A stretch of DNA of 35,382 nt from Barthelona sp. PAP020 (Eukaryota). The DNA is taken from contig JARQWU010000001.1 in NCBI GenBank assembly GCA_040182905.1, positions 62,001 to 97,382 on the forward strand, in the 5' to 3' direction. Position 1 is the stretch's first letter. Each line of letters starts with the position of its first letter. Position numbers and translations under genes: made by a program. Under the pieces are notes generated by a model. It was given only the letters and a program-made list of their open reading frames with translations. It had not been told where the DNA came from and searched no databases. Positions 20,200 to 30,218 of the stretch are shown piece after piece.

Positions 20200-23100
20200 A
20201 TGGAGCTTAAAAGTGATCTATTGGAAGCACAATTGGTAGCATATCGAAAATTATTAAACAATCAACCAATACCAAGAGTTGTTGAATCTTATTTACAAAA
20301 TAATGGCGAAATTTGTCACAGTGAAAACAAATATCGAATTATTCATGATTTAAGTGGAAATATTGTTAAATTAAAAATGCCACGCTCGCATCAAAGAAAA
20401 CAAAAAATTCTCTCGGCCAATTCCAACACTCAATTGCAATTATCTCAAAGATTCTATCAAGAATTAACACAAGATTCAAATGAGGATCCCATTTCCACTG
20501 CACAAAAGAATCTGCGTTTCATTGGTTCTTCCATTATCACAAAAGATTACAAGGGATCGGATGTTATTTTTGATTCTTTTGGAATGGTTAAGCCTAGTGC
20601 TGCAAAGGCATCAAATTTTCCTGTTCTTAAAAAGAAACCATACGCCATGATTCGTCGTGTTGATATGTCAGATTCAAATCAACAACTCACTTTGTTGAAT
20701 GAAGTGATGAAGCAAGCTAAAGAATTTATTGTGGGTTTTGATCAAAAAAGAAAGAACCAGTTGGCGCTTGGATATGAAATGAAAAAAAGACTTGAAGAAT
20801 TGGCAACTCAGCGATTAGAGGAGGAAGAGCAGGCAAAAAGAGATCGTATGACTGCATTACGTTCAAACGATTATAATTCTTATCTGAAATTGATTAAACA
20901 ACACAAAAATGAGAAGATTATGGAATTATTGGCACAAACTGATGAGTATCTTCGATCAATAGGCGCAATGGTTCAACAACATCGAGGAACAAGTGAAGAA
21001 ATTCATGAAACAAGTCAATTGACTGAAGTTGCATCAGAAATGGGTTTGGATCGTGCTTTTGAATTAGAAGAAGATAAATATTACCGTAACGCTCATCGTA
21101 AAGAAATTAAATTGGACAAACAACCTCCTTCTTTGGTGAATGGTATGTTGACACCCTATCAAGTGGCAGGTGTATCTTGGCTTGGATCTTTGTACATCAA
21201 TCGATTGAGTGGAATTCTTGCAGACGAGATGGGTCTTGGAAAGACAGTTCAAACATTGGCGTTATTGGCTTATTTGAAAGATTTTCACAATGTTTTTGGA
21301 CCTTATCTTATTGTGGTCCCATTGTCAACAATTGCTGCATGGCAAAAAGAAGCACATAAATGGATTCCTTCTCTTAAATGTTTGGTTTATAAAGGAGGCC
21401 CTGAAGAACGTAAAGATTTGAGAGAAATGCTTCTTAAACCTTTGAAAGAATTCAATATTTGTTTGACTACATATGAATTTGTAAATAGAGACAAGGCTTA
21501 TTTGGCAGGATTACGTTGGAAGTATATTGTCATAGATGAAGGACATAGAGTAAAGAATAAAGATACCAAGCTCTTTAAAGTACTTTCAAAAGATTTTAAG
21601 GCAGATTACCGTTTGTTATTGACAGGAACACCTCTTCAAAATAGTGTGAAAGAACTATGGTCTCTTTTGAACTTTGTTTTACCGATGGTGTTTACAGAAT
21701 TTGACACATTTGAATCTTGGTTCCATGACCCAATTATGGGTTCAGACGCAGATATGGATGCTGAAGAACAGTTCCTATTAATCAATAAATTACATCAAGT
21801 ACTTAGACCATTCCTTTTACGTCGTGTTAAGAGTGAAGTGTTAAGTCAATTGCCAAAGAAGGAAGAAGTTATTGTTGAATGTCCCATGAGTGCCTGGCAA
21901 CAAAATTTATATGATGAAATTAGAAAAGATGAAGGTGTGGTCTATGATCCAACCATTTCATTCCATCTTTCAAGACATAATTTGCAAAATACGTTGATTT
22001 TGCTACGAAAAATTGCTAATCACCCATGGATGATATATGATGATCAAAAATTGTTTTTCCAAATGTATCCTAAACTATGGCCACAGTTGGTTCGTGCCTC
22101 TGGAAAATTCATGACCCTTGATCGTATTTTGATTAAGCTTATACACGGAGGACACAAATGTTTGATTTTTTCTCAATTTACAACGGCATTAGATTGGATT
22201 GAATATCTTTTGAAGGAACGCAGATATTATTATTTGCGTTTAGATGGTAGCACAAAGGCTGAAACACGTCCTTTACTAATGCAAGAGTTCAATTCCCCAA
22301 ATTCCCCATATTTTGTGTTTCTTCTATCAACAAAGGCTGGTGGTTTGGGAATTAATCTTCAAGCCGCAGATACAGTTGTTCTGTTTGACAGTGATTGGAA
22401 TCCACAGATGGACTTACAAGCACAAGATCGTGCGCATCGTATTGGACAAACAAAACAGGTTCGTGTTATTAGATTATGCACAAAAAATTCAGTTGATGAG
22501 CACATCTTAAATCGAGCAAGTGAAAAATTGGACATTGATTCTAAAATCATCCAAGCAGGTATGTTTAACAAACAATCAACATATAAGCGCAGAAGAGAAT
22601 TTTTGGAGGAACTCATCAGTAGTGGTGGTTCTAACACAGCTTCAATTCAAACTGACAAGGAAATTAATCGTCTTATTTCTCGTTCTAATGAAGAATATGC
22701 AATGTTTACAGAGATAGACAAAACATTGGCTCATTTGGAAAAGAACGCTTTCCTCAATTTGAATCCTCATCTTAGAAACATTGAAGTTAATCCCAGGCTG
22801 ATGTCAATCCATGAGTTACCTGAATTTGTGACCAATCCTCCACCAAAAATTGAACGTACACCTACTCCTCGAACCAGAAGATTCAAAACATTGCCCTCAG
22901 ATACCTATTTAATGAATGATAAAGAATTTTACAATTATCTTGAGACTGAAGACATGCCAACAAAACGTGAACCTGGTTTACAGCCCATGGACATTCAATA
23001 CGAGCCTACGCCACCTCCAGAAGCTATAAATGAAATGGGGTCTTGTGAGATCATGACAAGACGTTTGTATCGTGTCATACGAGATTCATATTCTGAAGGA

Positions 23101-23454
23101 AGACCAATTTCTCAAGCTTTCTATTATTTACCTTCAAAAGAACAAATACCACAATATTTCAACATTATTCAACACCCAATTGATTTATATACTATAAAGC
23201 AAAGAATTATACGAAAAGAGTATCAAACTTTGGATGAAATGAAGAATGATTTGGAGTTAATGGTATCAAATGCAATGGAATTTAATCATCCAGAAAGCAT
23301 TTTATACCAAGATGCCACTATTTTGAAAAATTTAGTGCATTCCTTTGTCACTGGACATATTGATATAACTGCAGCAGATTATTTGAGTGATGATGAGGAC
23401 ACTTCATCCTTTAGTCATTATTTAGTTAGTGGCAGAACCGAAGAAAATGTGTAA
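20200..23454 (+). CDS. SNF2: SNF2/Brahma-type SWI/SNF ATPase (QLQ, HSA, SNF2_N, helicase C, bromodomain)
   Basis: QLQ-like LEAQLVAYRKLLNNQPIP, GILADEMGLGKT, IDEGHR, LLTGTPLQN, FDSDWNPQMDLQAQDRAHRIGQ and a bromodomain (YFNIIQHPIDL...NAMEFN). Confidence 0.95.
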   Translation: MELKSDLLEAQLVAYRKLLNNQPIPRVVESYLQNNGEICHSENKYRIIHDLSGNIVKLKMPRSHQRKQKILSANSNTQLQLSQRFYQELTQDSNEDPISTAQKNLRFIGSSIITKDYKGSDVIFDSFGMVKPSAAKASNFPVLKKKPYAMIRRVDMSDSNQQLTLLNEVMKQAKEFIVGFDQKRKNQLALGYEMKKRLEELATQRLEEEEQAKRDRMTALRSNDYNSYLKLIKQHKNEKIMELLAQTDEYLRSIGAMVQQHRGTSEEIHETSQLTEVASEMGLDRAFELEEDKYYRNAHRKEIKLDKQPPSLVNGMLTPYQVAGVSWLGSLYINRLSGILADEMGLGKTVQTLALLAYLKDFHNVFGPYLIVVPLSTIAAWQKEAHKWIPSLKCLVYKGGPEERKDLREMLLKPLKEFNICLTTYEFVNRDKAYLAGLRWKYIVIDEGHRVKNKDTKLFKVLSKDFKADYRLLLTGTPLQNSVKELWSLLNFVLPMVFTEFDTFESWFHDPIMGSDADMDAEEQFLLINKLHQVLRPFLLRRVKSEVLSQLPKKEEVIVECPMSAWQQNLYDEIRKDEGVVYDPTISFHLSRHNLQNTLILLRKIANHPWMIYDDQKLFFQMYPKLWPQLVRASGKFMTLDRILIKLIHGGHKCLIFSQFTTALDWIEYLLKERRYYYLRLDGSTKAETRPLLMQEFNSPNSPYFVFLLSTKAGGLGINLQAADTVVLFDSDWNPQMDLQAQDRAHRIGQTKQVRVIRLCTKNSVDEHILNRASEKLDIDSKIIQAGMFNKQSTYKRRREFLEELISSGGSNTASIQTDKEINRLISRSNEEYAMFTEIDKTLAHLEKNAFLNLNPHLRNIEVNPRLMSIHELPEFVTNPPPKIERTPTPRTRRFKTLPSDTYLMNDKEFYNYLETEDMPTKREPGLQPMDIQYEPTPPPEAINEMGSCEIMTRRLYRVIRDSYSEGRPISQAFYYLPSKEQIPQYFNIIQHPIDLYTIKQRIIRKEYQTLDEMKNDLELMVSNAMEFNHPESILYQDATILKNLVHSFVTGHIDITAADYLSDDEDTSSFSHYLVSGRTEENV

Positions 23455-23598
23455 AATGATTTTCATTTTCATTGTTTATTTTTATTTTTTCTTTTTTGAA
23501 ATCTTTATTCTTGTCTTGCATTTTATGAATGTAAGATATTTGAACGCACAATAAAACTTCTCATCATCTTTATATTTTTTTTTTTCCTTTATTCCACA

Positions 23599-24274
23599 AT
23601 GTCAGAACCATTAGCCTACGAAAGACAATGTTATAGAGCTTTCAAAACCATCTTAGAAATGATGAGAGCGAGAAATTATCTTGTTGAAGATGGGTTATTT
23701 AATTGCAGTTTTGAAGAATTTATTGAAGACACATATGACGCAAAGTAAACCTTATTAAATCTATTACAAGTACTAACTTCATAGTGGTTTTGAAAAACCT
23801 TTCACCCATTCAATAACTGATGAAATTATTGTAGTTATCTTTTCTTTCCCTGAATCATCATTTAAAAAAGCAGATTTTGATTCTATTTCAAGTAAATTAC
23901 AATCAGGATTTGCAGAAATTCAAAAATGTATTATTGTCATAGGTTCAAAGACTGGATCCAAAAAACAAATAACTGGTTCGATTTTAAAGAAAGTTAATTC
24001 AAGACAAAATGGTATTTTATTCCAGTCTTTTGTTTTACAGGATTTGTTAGTTAATATCACAAAACATGTTCTTGTTCCTCAACACATTCCTCTCACATCT
24101 GAAGAAAAGCAAGAATTACTCGATAAATACAAATTAAAAGAAACACAATTGCCCAGAATCAGAAAAGATGATCCAGTTACCAAATTCTTTGGTTTGCAAC
24201 CGGGCGATGTTTTCAAGATTTTGAGAAAATCCGAAACTGCTGGTAGATATGTCACATATAGACTTGTTGTTTAA
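23599..24274 (+). CDS. RPB5: RNA polymerase I/II/III shared subunit RPB5; join(23599..23744,23785..24274)
   Basis: Exon 1 has [16 protein letters not shown]. Exon 2 is open and in frame with [14 protein letters not shown]...QLPRI..DPV...[13 protein letters not shown]. Confidence 0.95.
23745..23784 (+). other. Spliceosomal intron, 40 nt, phase 2
   Basis: GTAAAC...TACTAAC-TTCATAG with a perfect branch-point heptamer. Removing it joins the two RPB5 halves in frame. Confidence 0.93.
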
Positions 24275-24419
24275 TGCGAATAAAGAATTGAAGAATAAAT
24301 AGTTAGTTTTTATTTGTTTAACATTCAGACATCTCATACAATTTTATTTGGTCAATTTTTTTTTCTTTTTTAAAAAAAAAAGGGTAACATGGAACACTTA
24401 TAAAGAGAGAGGAGAAAAT

Positions 24420-25010
24420 CTAAAGGTCCTTGTCAATGAAAATTGAAGACTTGTGAGAATGGGGTCTTTTAGGCAACAAAAAGCTTAATTTATCAATAAT
24501 AACCTTCAAAAAAGGCTCTGTCTTACGTTTTTCTTCAGTCATTGAAGGTACCAAATCTGTTGTGGTACTTGAAGCAATAAATATTTCTAAAGGAACAAGA
24601 ATAACAGTTACAAACAATAAAGAAAATGTCATTAAATATGTAAACCTTTGAAAATATCTGTAATGACGTAATAATCCTAAAGCATTGAACAAAGTAAGGG
24701 CAAATAAACCGATTGTTTTATTATCAAGTGCAAGAAAAGGGAATGTTGCCTTCAGATATTTATAACAAATGAATAATTCAATCAATACAGATGAAGAAAA
24801 GAAAAAACTAACACCACTTATCCACAACAAAAACGTAAAACCTGCTGATAAACAAATTGAGCCCATAATAACAATTTTGGAATATTGTGAATGATCTTCA
24901 GCTAAAATGGAAACAAAATATGATCCAAAGGCAAATACAACAGCAACAATCAAAATAACAGCAACAATTGCCAATAATATCAATAAAGAAAGTAATACAG
25001 GCCTAACCAT
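24420..25010 (-). CDS. TEX261: TEX261/Svp26 (Erv26 family) ER-Golgi cargo adaptor
   Basis: Multi-TM protein of 196 aa; FGSYFVSILAEDHSQYSK resembles the GLYYxAELxEE motif; FPF and LVPL.IFI..S are also present. Confidence 0.7.
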   Translation of the reverse strand: MVRPVLLSLLILLAIVAVILIVAVVFAFGSYFVSILAEDHSQYSKIVIMGSICLSAGFTFLLWISGVSFFFSSSVLIELFICYKYLKATFPFLALDNKTIGLFALTLFNALGLLRHYRYFQRFTYLMTFSLLFVTVILVPLEIFIASSTTTDLVPSMTEEKRKTEPFLKVIIDKLSFLLPKRPHSHKSSIFIDKDL

Positions 25011-25059
25011 TAAATTTCAACCTGAAAAAAAATTGATAAAAAAAAGAGACTACACTATT

Positions 25060-25632
25060 TTATGATTGAAAGAATTTCGGAACGTAATCAGGTAAAGCGT
25101 ATTGATTTGGTAATGAAGATGAATCTTTTGGTACAATGACATCATCAATATCCTCATAAGTACTATTTTCCTGAAATTTTTTAGAATTTTGTGGTTTATT
25201 CATGATAAAATGTTTTAAATATGGTGATTTTAACAAAACATCGACTTTGTTTACAGAAACTTGGTCATATTTCTCTTCATCACTTTTATTATTGGGATTT
25301 TGTGTGTTACAAACATCATTGAAAGACTGATCAGATTCACCAGTTAATTTTTTGGCATTTTTAAAATCATTGATGGAATTGAGTCGGTTTGATACAACTG
25401 AAGGTTTAACTTCATTTTGAGAAATTTCAATTAAAAAACCATTTGTTTGATCTGCTTCTTTGAATGTAAAACTAAATTGTGAAGATACTTCATTGGTATT
25501 ATCCAAATATAATTCTTCTTCTTCTTTTTCTTTTTCATTAACAGATGTTCGAATAGGAGATGGCTCTATATTTAATCGTCTTTTCGATATTCTGTGTGGT
25601 GAAGATGAAAAAAATTGGGAAGGTGATTTCAT
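25060..25632 (-). CDS. Hypothetical hydrophilic, probably disordered protein
   Basis: ORF with first ATG at 25632 (MKSPSQFFSSSPHR...); several SP sites. Confidence 0.6.
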   Translation of the reverse strand: MKSPSQFFSSSPHRISKRRLNIEPSPIRTSVNEKEKEEEELYLDNTNEVSSQFSFTFKEADQTNGFLIEISQNEVKPSVVSNRLNSINDFKNAKKLTGESDQSFNDVCNTQNPNNKSDEEKYDQVSVNKVDVLLKSPYLKHFIMNKPQNSKKFQENSTYEDIDDVIVPKDSSSLPNQYALPDYVPKFFQS

Positions 25633-25813
25633 AAAAACAACTTTGCCATTTTCCTTTTCAATTTTTATCAAAAACAAATACCAACAAAAACGTTGTGATT
25701 GAAATTTATACTAACAAAACGAATAATGACTGTTTCCAAAGACATTCTAAATATTAATTTGAACTAATTAGTTTGCGTTTACAAACTCTTAAAAAAGAAA
25801 CTTAACAGAAGTT

Positions 25814-28800
25814 CTAATAAGATTCAAAGACCCAACGACCTTCAGCTTCATATTCATCAATACGATTAGAAGCAGAAGTTTCATCGAAATTACCGTATAC
25901 AGTTAAAGCTTTTATAACAGCTTTTCTGATGTTGGCAGGGATTCTGCCAGCAGGACCACAATAAGTGAAAGAACCACCTTCAACCTCCATAACATTGTAA
26001 AGAATTTCAGGATTTTCAACCATCTTGTCAGTGACATAAACTTTCTTATTTGGGTTATCACGTGAAAATGCATAGAAAGGTACAATAGTGCCATCCTTTT
26101 CCCATTTCTTCCATTCATGAGACATGAGGAAATCCTTGTTGGCATATCTACAACCCAAAAACATGTACATTTGACCAATCTTTTCATCCTTTCCGGCTTC
26201 TTTTCTTGTGAGTTCCTTATCTTGAGCAAAACCACGGAATGGCGCCATACCGGTACCAAGCCCACATGAAATAACAGGCTTTGATTTTTCAGGAGGAACC
26301 AATGGAGATTCATGAATGGAAATAGGAACAAGTACTTCTTCAACAGAAGGATCAATTTCTTCCAACCAACCAGTAGCCAAACCAGTGATACTCTTTCCAG
26401 ACTTAGTTTGATGCTTGACAATACCAATCAACAATTCCAGATCTTCAGGATGCATAAGATGAGATGAAGCAATGGAATACAAACGAGGAGAAATCAAAGG
26501 AATCATTTCAACCAAATAGTGAAGAGGAGGACGACAAGAAGAATAACGAACTAAAACATCCAAAAAGTTAGTTCCATGCATGGATCTGTCAGCAGCAAGC
26601 TTCTCAGAACCAGCCTTTGAACCCAAGAAAGAAAGTTCTTGACGTTCTTGAAGATTGGTTGCAAATGGAGCAAGTTTCTTGTAAAAGTCACGTCCAGCAA
26701 GACTATAGAAATCGAGATAGTAAGTTGCCAATTGTTTAATTGTCATGGGCTTGCTTAAAGCCTCAATTTCACCAGCACCTCCAATAGGTTCAATAGCAAT
26801 TGTTGTGTTAGGATCAGCTCCATACCATTCAAGGAAAATTCTGACTCTTTCCTTCTTGTTGGCAGGCCAAATACCAACATGCCATCCAGTCTTATATTTA
26901 AGACCACTTCCACGAAGATCCAAATTAATGAAACGAGAATCTTGCTCATAATCATTGGGAGTAATTCTCTTATTTTCAGTCATACGAACAAAAGTACAAC
27001 CAGGAGGTGGTGGTCCTCTAGGATCAGATACTGGGGCTGTAAGAACACATCTGTATTGAGGATTGGGAATACCAAGAGGAATTCCTTCTTCAATGCCTAA
27101 AATTTCCATGAATGTATCAGCGAAAGGTTGGAAAGCACCATCATAACCTTGAGCATGCTTTTCATCACCAATACCACGGTTGAGAATAGCTTTAGCACCC
27201 TTTGAAACCATAGCATCAAAGAACATACCACCAGCTTTGTTGAAATTATCACCATAAGCGGTAGAACCAATACCGAAAACACCAAAGTTGACACCTTCAA
27301 GAGCTGTTTCATCTAAATTGATGAGAGAATCGTAGAAGTCAAGACCCATACCAGGAATTTCACCCATTCCATAAGTACAAGACATAAGAACAACAGTAGA
27401 ATATTGTTTTAAATCAGCAGCAGACATTGTGTCCATTGCTTTAACAACAGCAGAAGCACCACCAGAAGAAAGTTTTTGAGACAAAGATTTGGCGAAACCA
27501 GCAGTATTTCCAGTGACAGTTGCGTATGTGATGAGAATGCAATCTCCATCAGTTTCAGTAGCAGTAGTTGCAGCTTCAGGTTTAACAAAAGGAGCAGATC
27601 TGTCAGTATAGTGAGTGTGTAATTCATGATGAGAAACATGACCACAAGGCTTCTTTAACCATTCATCATACAGAGTTTGAACTTCGGTGTTTTTGTGTGA
27701 AACGCGAATTTTTGAGAATTCATCAATCTTATAAATAGCTTCAGAACGTTTCTTTAAAATATCATGATCAAGAGATTTTGGTTGACCACCACCACCAATA
27801 CATCCACCAGGACAGGCCATTACTTCAATGAAATGATATTCAACTTCAGAAGCACTACGACCCTTCAAAAGCTTTTGAGCTGAGGCAATACCACCACAAA
27901 TAGCAATCTTAACATCAATAGTGGGACCATTCTTAATAGGAATTGGAACAACAGCATCACGAACTCCAAATGAACCACGACATTGTTTAAGATCAACTTT
28001 ATCCAACTCATTTCCAGTTAACATAAAATATGCAGTTCTTAAGGCAGCTTCCATAACACCACCAGAAGCACCAAAAATGGCAGCAGCACCGGATGATTCT
28101 CCTAAAGTAGAATCAAAATCTTTACTATATGCCTCCATATTATCAATATCAATCTTTTGATCTCTAATCATCTTACCCAATTCTCGAGTGGTTAACACAC
28201 AATCAATATCAGGATGACAATTGTGAGCTAATTCTGTTCTTTGACACTCTTGCTTTTTGGCAGTACAAGGCATAATTGCGACAGAATAGATATCTTCAGG
28301 TTTAATGTTCATCTTCTTAGCCCAATAAGTTTTGATAACAGCACCAAGCATTCCCATAGGGGATTTACATGAAGAAATATGAGGAATAATATCTGGACGA
28401 CGTTTTTCAACATAATTAATCCAAGCTGGGCAACAAGAAGTAAACATAGGCAAAGGAGCAGCATCATCCTTAGGTTCCAAAACATTATCAGTAACACGTT
28501 GAATAAACTCAGTGGCTTCTTCCATAATGGTCAAATCGGCTGTTAAATTGGTATCAAATACATAATTGAAACCTAAAGCACGAAGACTTTGAACCATTAA
28601 ATCAGTATTAATTTCACCAGGAAGTTGACCCAATTCTTCTCCTAAACCAACACGTACAGCAGGAGCAGTTTGAACAACAACAACCTTACCATTTCTCATG
28701 GCTTCATAAACCTTATGTGTATCATCAACAGCAGAAATTGCTCCAACTGGACAATAAGTAGTACATTGACCACAAGCAATACATGCCAAATCACTAATGT

Positions 28801-29401
28801 GATCAGCACCCTTAAGACCAATAACAGAACGTTCACCAAGTTCATCAATTTCAGATTTCATTTGTAAAACGTTCATGAATTGCATATCGTTACAAGCACG
28901 AACACATCTTGAACAATCAACGCAAAGAGAACTGTCAATCTTAATAGAACCATTATTATCTTGAACAGTATTGGCCCAATTCATCAAAGCATCAAATTCA
29001 GTATTAATAACCTTTTCCATTTTAGGACGGGTATTATTTTGAATTGTTTTAAGAGCTTCAGTCGCAGCCAAACGAACTCTGGGAGTATTAGTATTAATTT
29101 TCATTCCATCCTTGATTCCAGAACAACAAGCAAGAGAAAGATCTTTTTCACCTTCGATCTCAACGACGCAAACACGACAACGACCAGCAGGTTTCAGACG
29201 GGGATGGTGACATAAAGCTGGAACGAAGTTTCCAGTAGAATGGCAAGCATCATAAATGGATAAAGATGCAGGAACTTCATGATCAACACCATTAATATTA
29301 ATGGTAACTTTTTCTCCATCGATTACATCAGTTGTGTTTCGAACGTTTGAGGTAGAATTAATTGCTCTTTCAGAAAACCTTGTTTGAGCTGTGTTGGACA
29401 T
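25814..29401 (-). CDS. hydA: [FeFe]-hydrogenase fused to a flavodoxin + FAD/NADPH-binding (CysJ/cytochrome P450 reductase-like) module
   Basis: ATG at 29401. Domain order: [2Fe-2S] domain (LCHHP...CRVC...AC); two [4Fe-4S] motifs (CVDCSRC..AC, CIACGQC...CP); H-cluster motifs TSCCPAW, MPCTAKKQE and EVMACPGGCIGGGGQP; small-subunit segment (HELHTHY); flavodoxin YATVTGNT; then PRLYSIASS, GLGTGMAPFRGF, FSRD....VYV and YCGP. Confidence 0.96.
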   Translation of the reverse strand: MSNTAQTRFSERAINSTSNVRNTTDVIDGEKVTININGVDHEVPASLSIYDACHSTGNFVPALCHHPRLKPAGRCRVCVVEIEGEKDLSLACCSGIKDGMKINTNTPRVRLAATEALKTIQNNTRPKMEKVINTEFDALMNWANTVQDNNGSIKIDSSLCVDCSRCVRACNDMQFMNVLQMKSEIDELGERSVIGLKGADHISDLACIACGQCTTYCPVGAISAVDDTHKVYEAMRNGKVVVVQTAPAVRVGLGEELGQLPGEINTDLMVQSLRALGFNYVFDTNLTADLTIMEEATEFIQRVTDNVLEPKDDAAPLPMFTSCCPAWINYVEKRRPDIIPHISSCKSPMGMLGAVIKTYWAKKMNIKPEDIYSVAIMPCTAKKQECQRTELAHNCHPDIDCVLTTRELGKMIRDQKIDIDNMEAYSKDFDSTLGESSGAAAIFGASGGVMEAALRTAYFMLTGNELDKVDLKQCRGSFGVRDAVVPIPIKNGPTIDVKIAICGGIASAQKLLKGRSASEVEYHFIEVMACPGGCIGGGGQPKSLDHDILKKRSEAIYKIDEFSKIRVSHKNTEVQTLYDEWLKKPCGHVSHHELHTHYTDRSAPFVKPEAATTATETDGDCILITYATVTGNTAGFAKSLSQKLSSGGASAVVKAMDTMSAADLKQYSTVVLMSCTYGMGEIPGMGLDFYDSLINLDETALEGVNFGVFGIGSTAYGDNFNKAGGMFFDAMVSKGAKAILNRGIGDEKHAQGYDGAFQPFADTFMEILGIEEGIPLGIPNPQYRCVLTAPVSDPRGPPPPGCTFVRMTENKRITPNDYEQDSRFINLDLRGSGLKYKTGWHVGIWPANKKERVRIFLEWYGADPNTTIAIEPIGGAGEIEALSKPMTIKQLATYYLDFYSLAGRDFYKKLAPFATNLQERQELSFLGSKAGSEKLAADRSMHGTNFLDVLVRYSSCRPPLHYLVEMIPLISPRLYSIASSHLMHPEDLELLIGIVKHQTKSGKSITGLATGWLEEIDPSVEEVLVPISIHESPLVPPEKSKPVISCGLGTGMAPFRGFAQDKELTRKEAGKDEKIGQMYMFLGCRYANKDFLMSHEWKKWEKDGTIVPFYAFSRDNPNKKVYVTDKMVENPEILYNVMEVEGGSFTYCGPAGRIPANIRKAVIKALTVYGNFDETSASNRIDEYEAEGRWVFESY

Positions 29402-30218
29402 CAAAACTATCAACAAAAATTATAAATTGAAAAAAAAAGACAATTCAACATCATTCTGGAGAATATGAGCTCAAATAAATCTTGACCACATAAAAAAAAA
29501 ATTATAAACCACTTATTGGTTTTAAATACTTTCAGTTTTAAATTGGTTCATCAAAGTAACCAGTTTTTTTATGAAAAACAAAAAATACAAAAGTGCGTTC
29601 TTTCTTTCAAAAATTTTCAAGTTCTTTTTTTAAAACCGAAATGTTTCAATAATAAACAGACACAACTATTGTAATTGTTAATAAAATAAAAGAAAATTTG
29701 AAGGAAATTATCAAAATTGGATTTTGTCAAAACCAATTTCCAAACAAAATCAAACAATTTTTTTCAATTCTAATTGTTGTAGTATGATATTTTAATCATG
29801 TTTGGAAAATTTTCAAACAAAAATCCGTTTTTTTTTTGGTTGGTTTCACCAATTGTTAGATGTTTCCTTTAATATAAATTCGTAAAATTCATATATTTAA
29901 AGCAAAAACTAACTAATGAATTATGTCTTTTATTTATTCAAGATGAGAAACGAAAAAAATCTTGATTTTGGTGATTAATCTTATGATTTCTATAATAATC
30001 ATTTATAAACATTCAAATATATGGTATTTAACTTAAAATTTATATTGAATATATGAAATTATCAAATCAAAAACTGATAGAACCAATATTACGTTTATTA
30101 TGTCTTTAAAATAGTAATAATCGTATTATAAAAATTAAATATCCTTCAATTAAAAAACGCTTTGGCAAAAAAAAAAAAGGCGGTTATTCCTTTTTCTTTA
30201 CTTCATTAAATTAACATA

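Noticed and set aside
23542..23548. GAACGCA motif recurring at about 8128, 23542 and 29594 (reverse)
   Set aside because: Too few occurrences and inconsistent distance to start codons.
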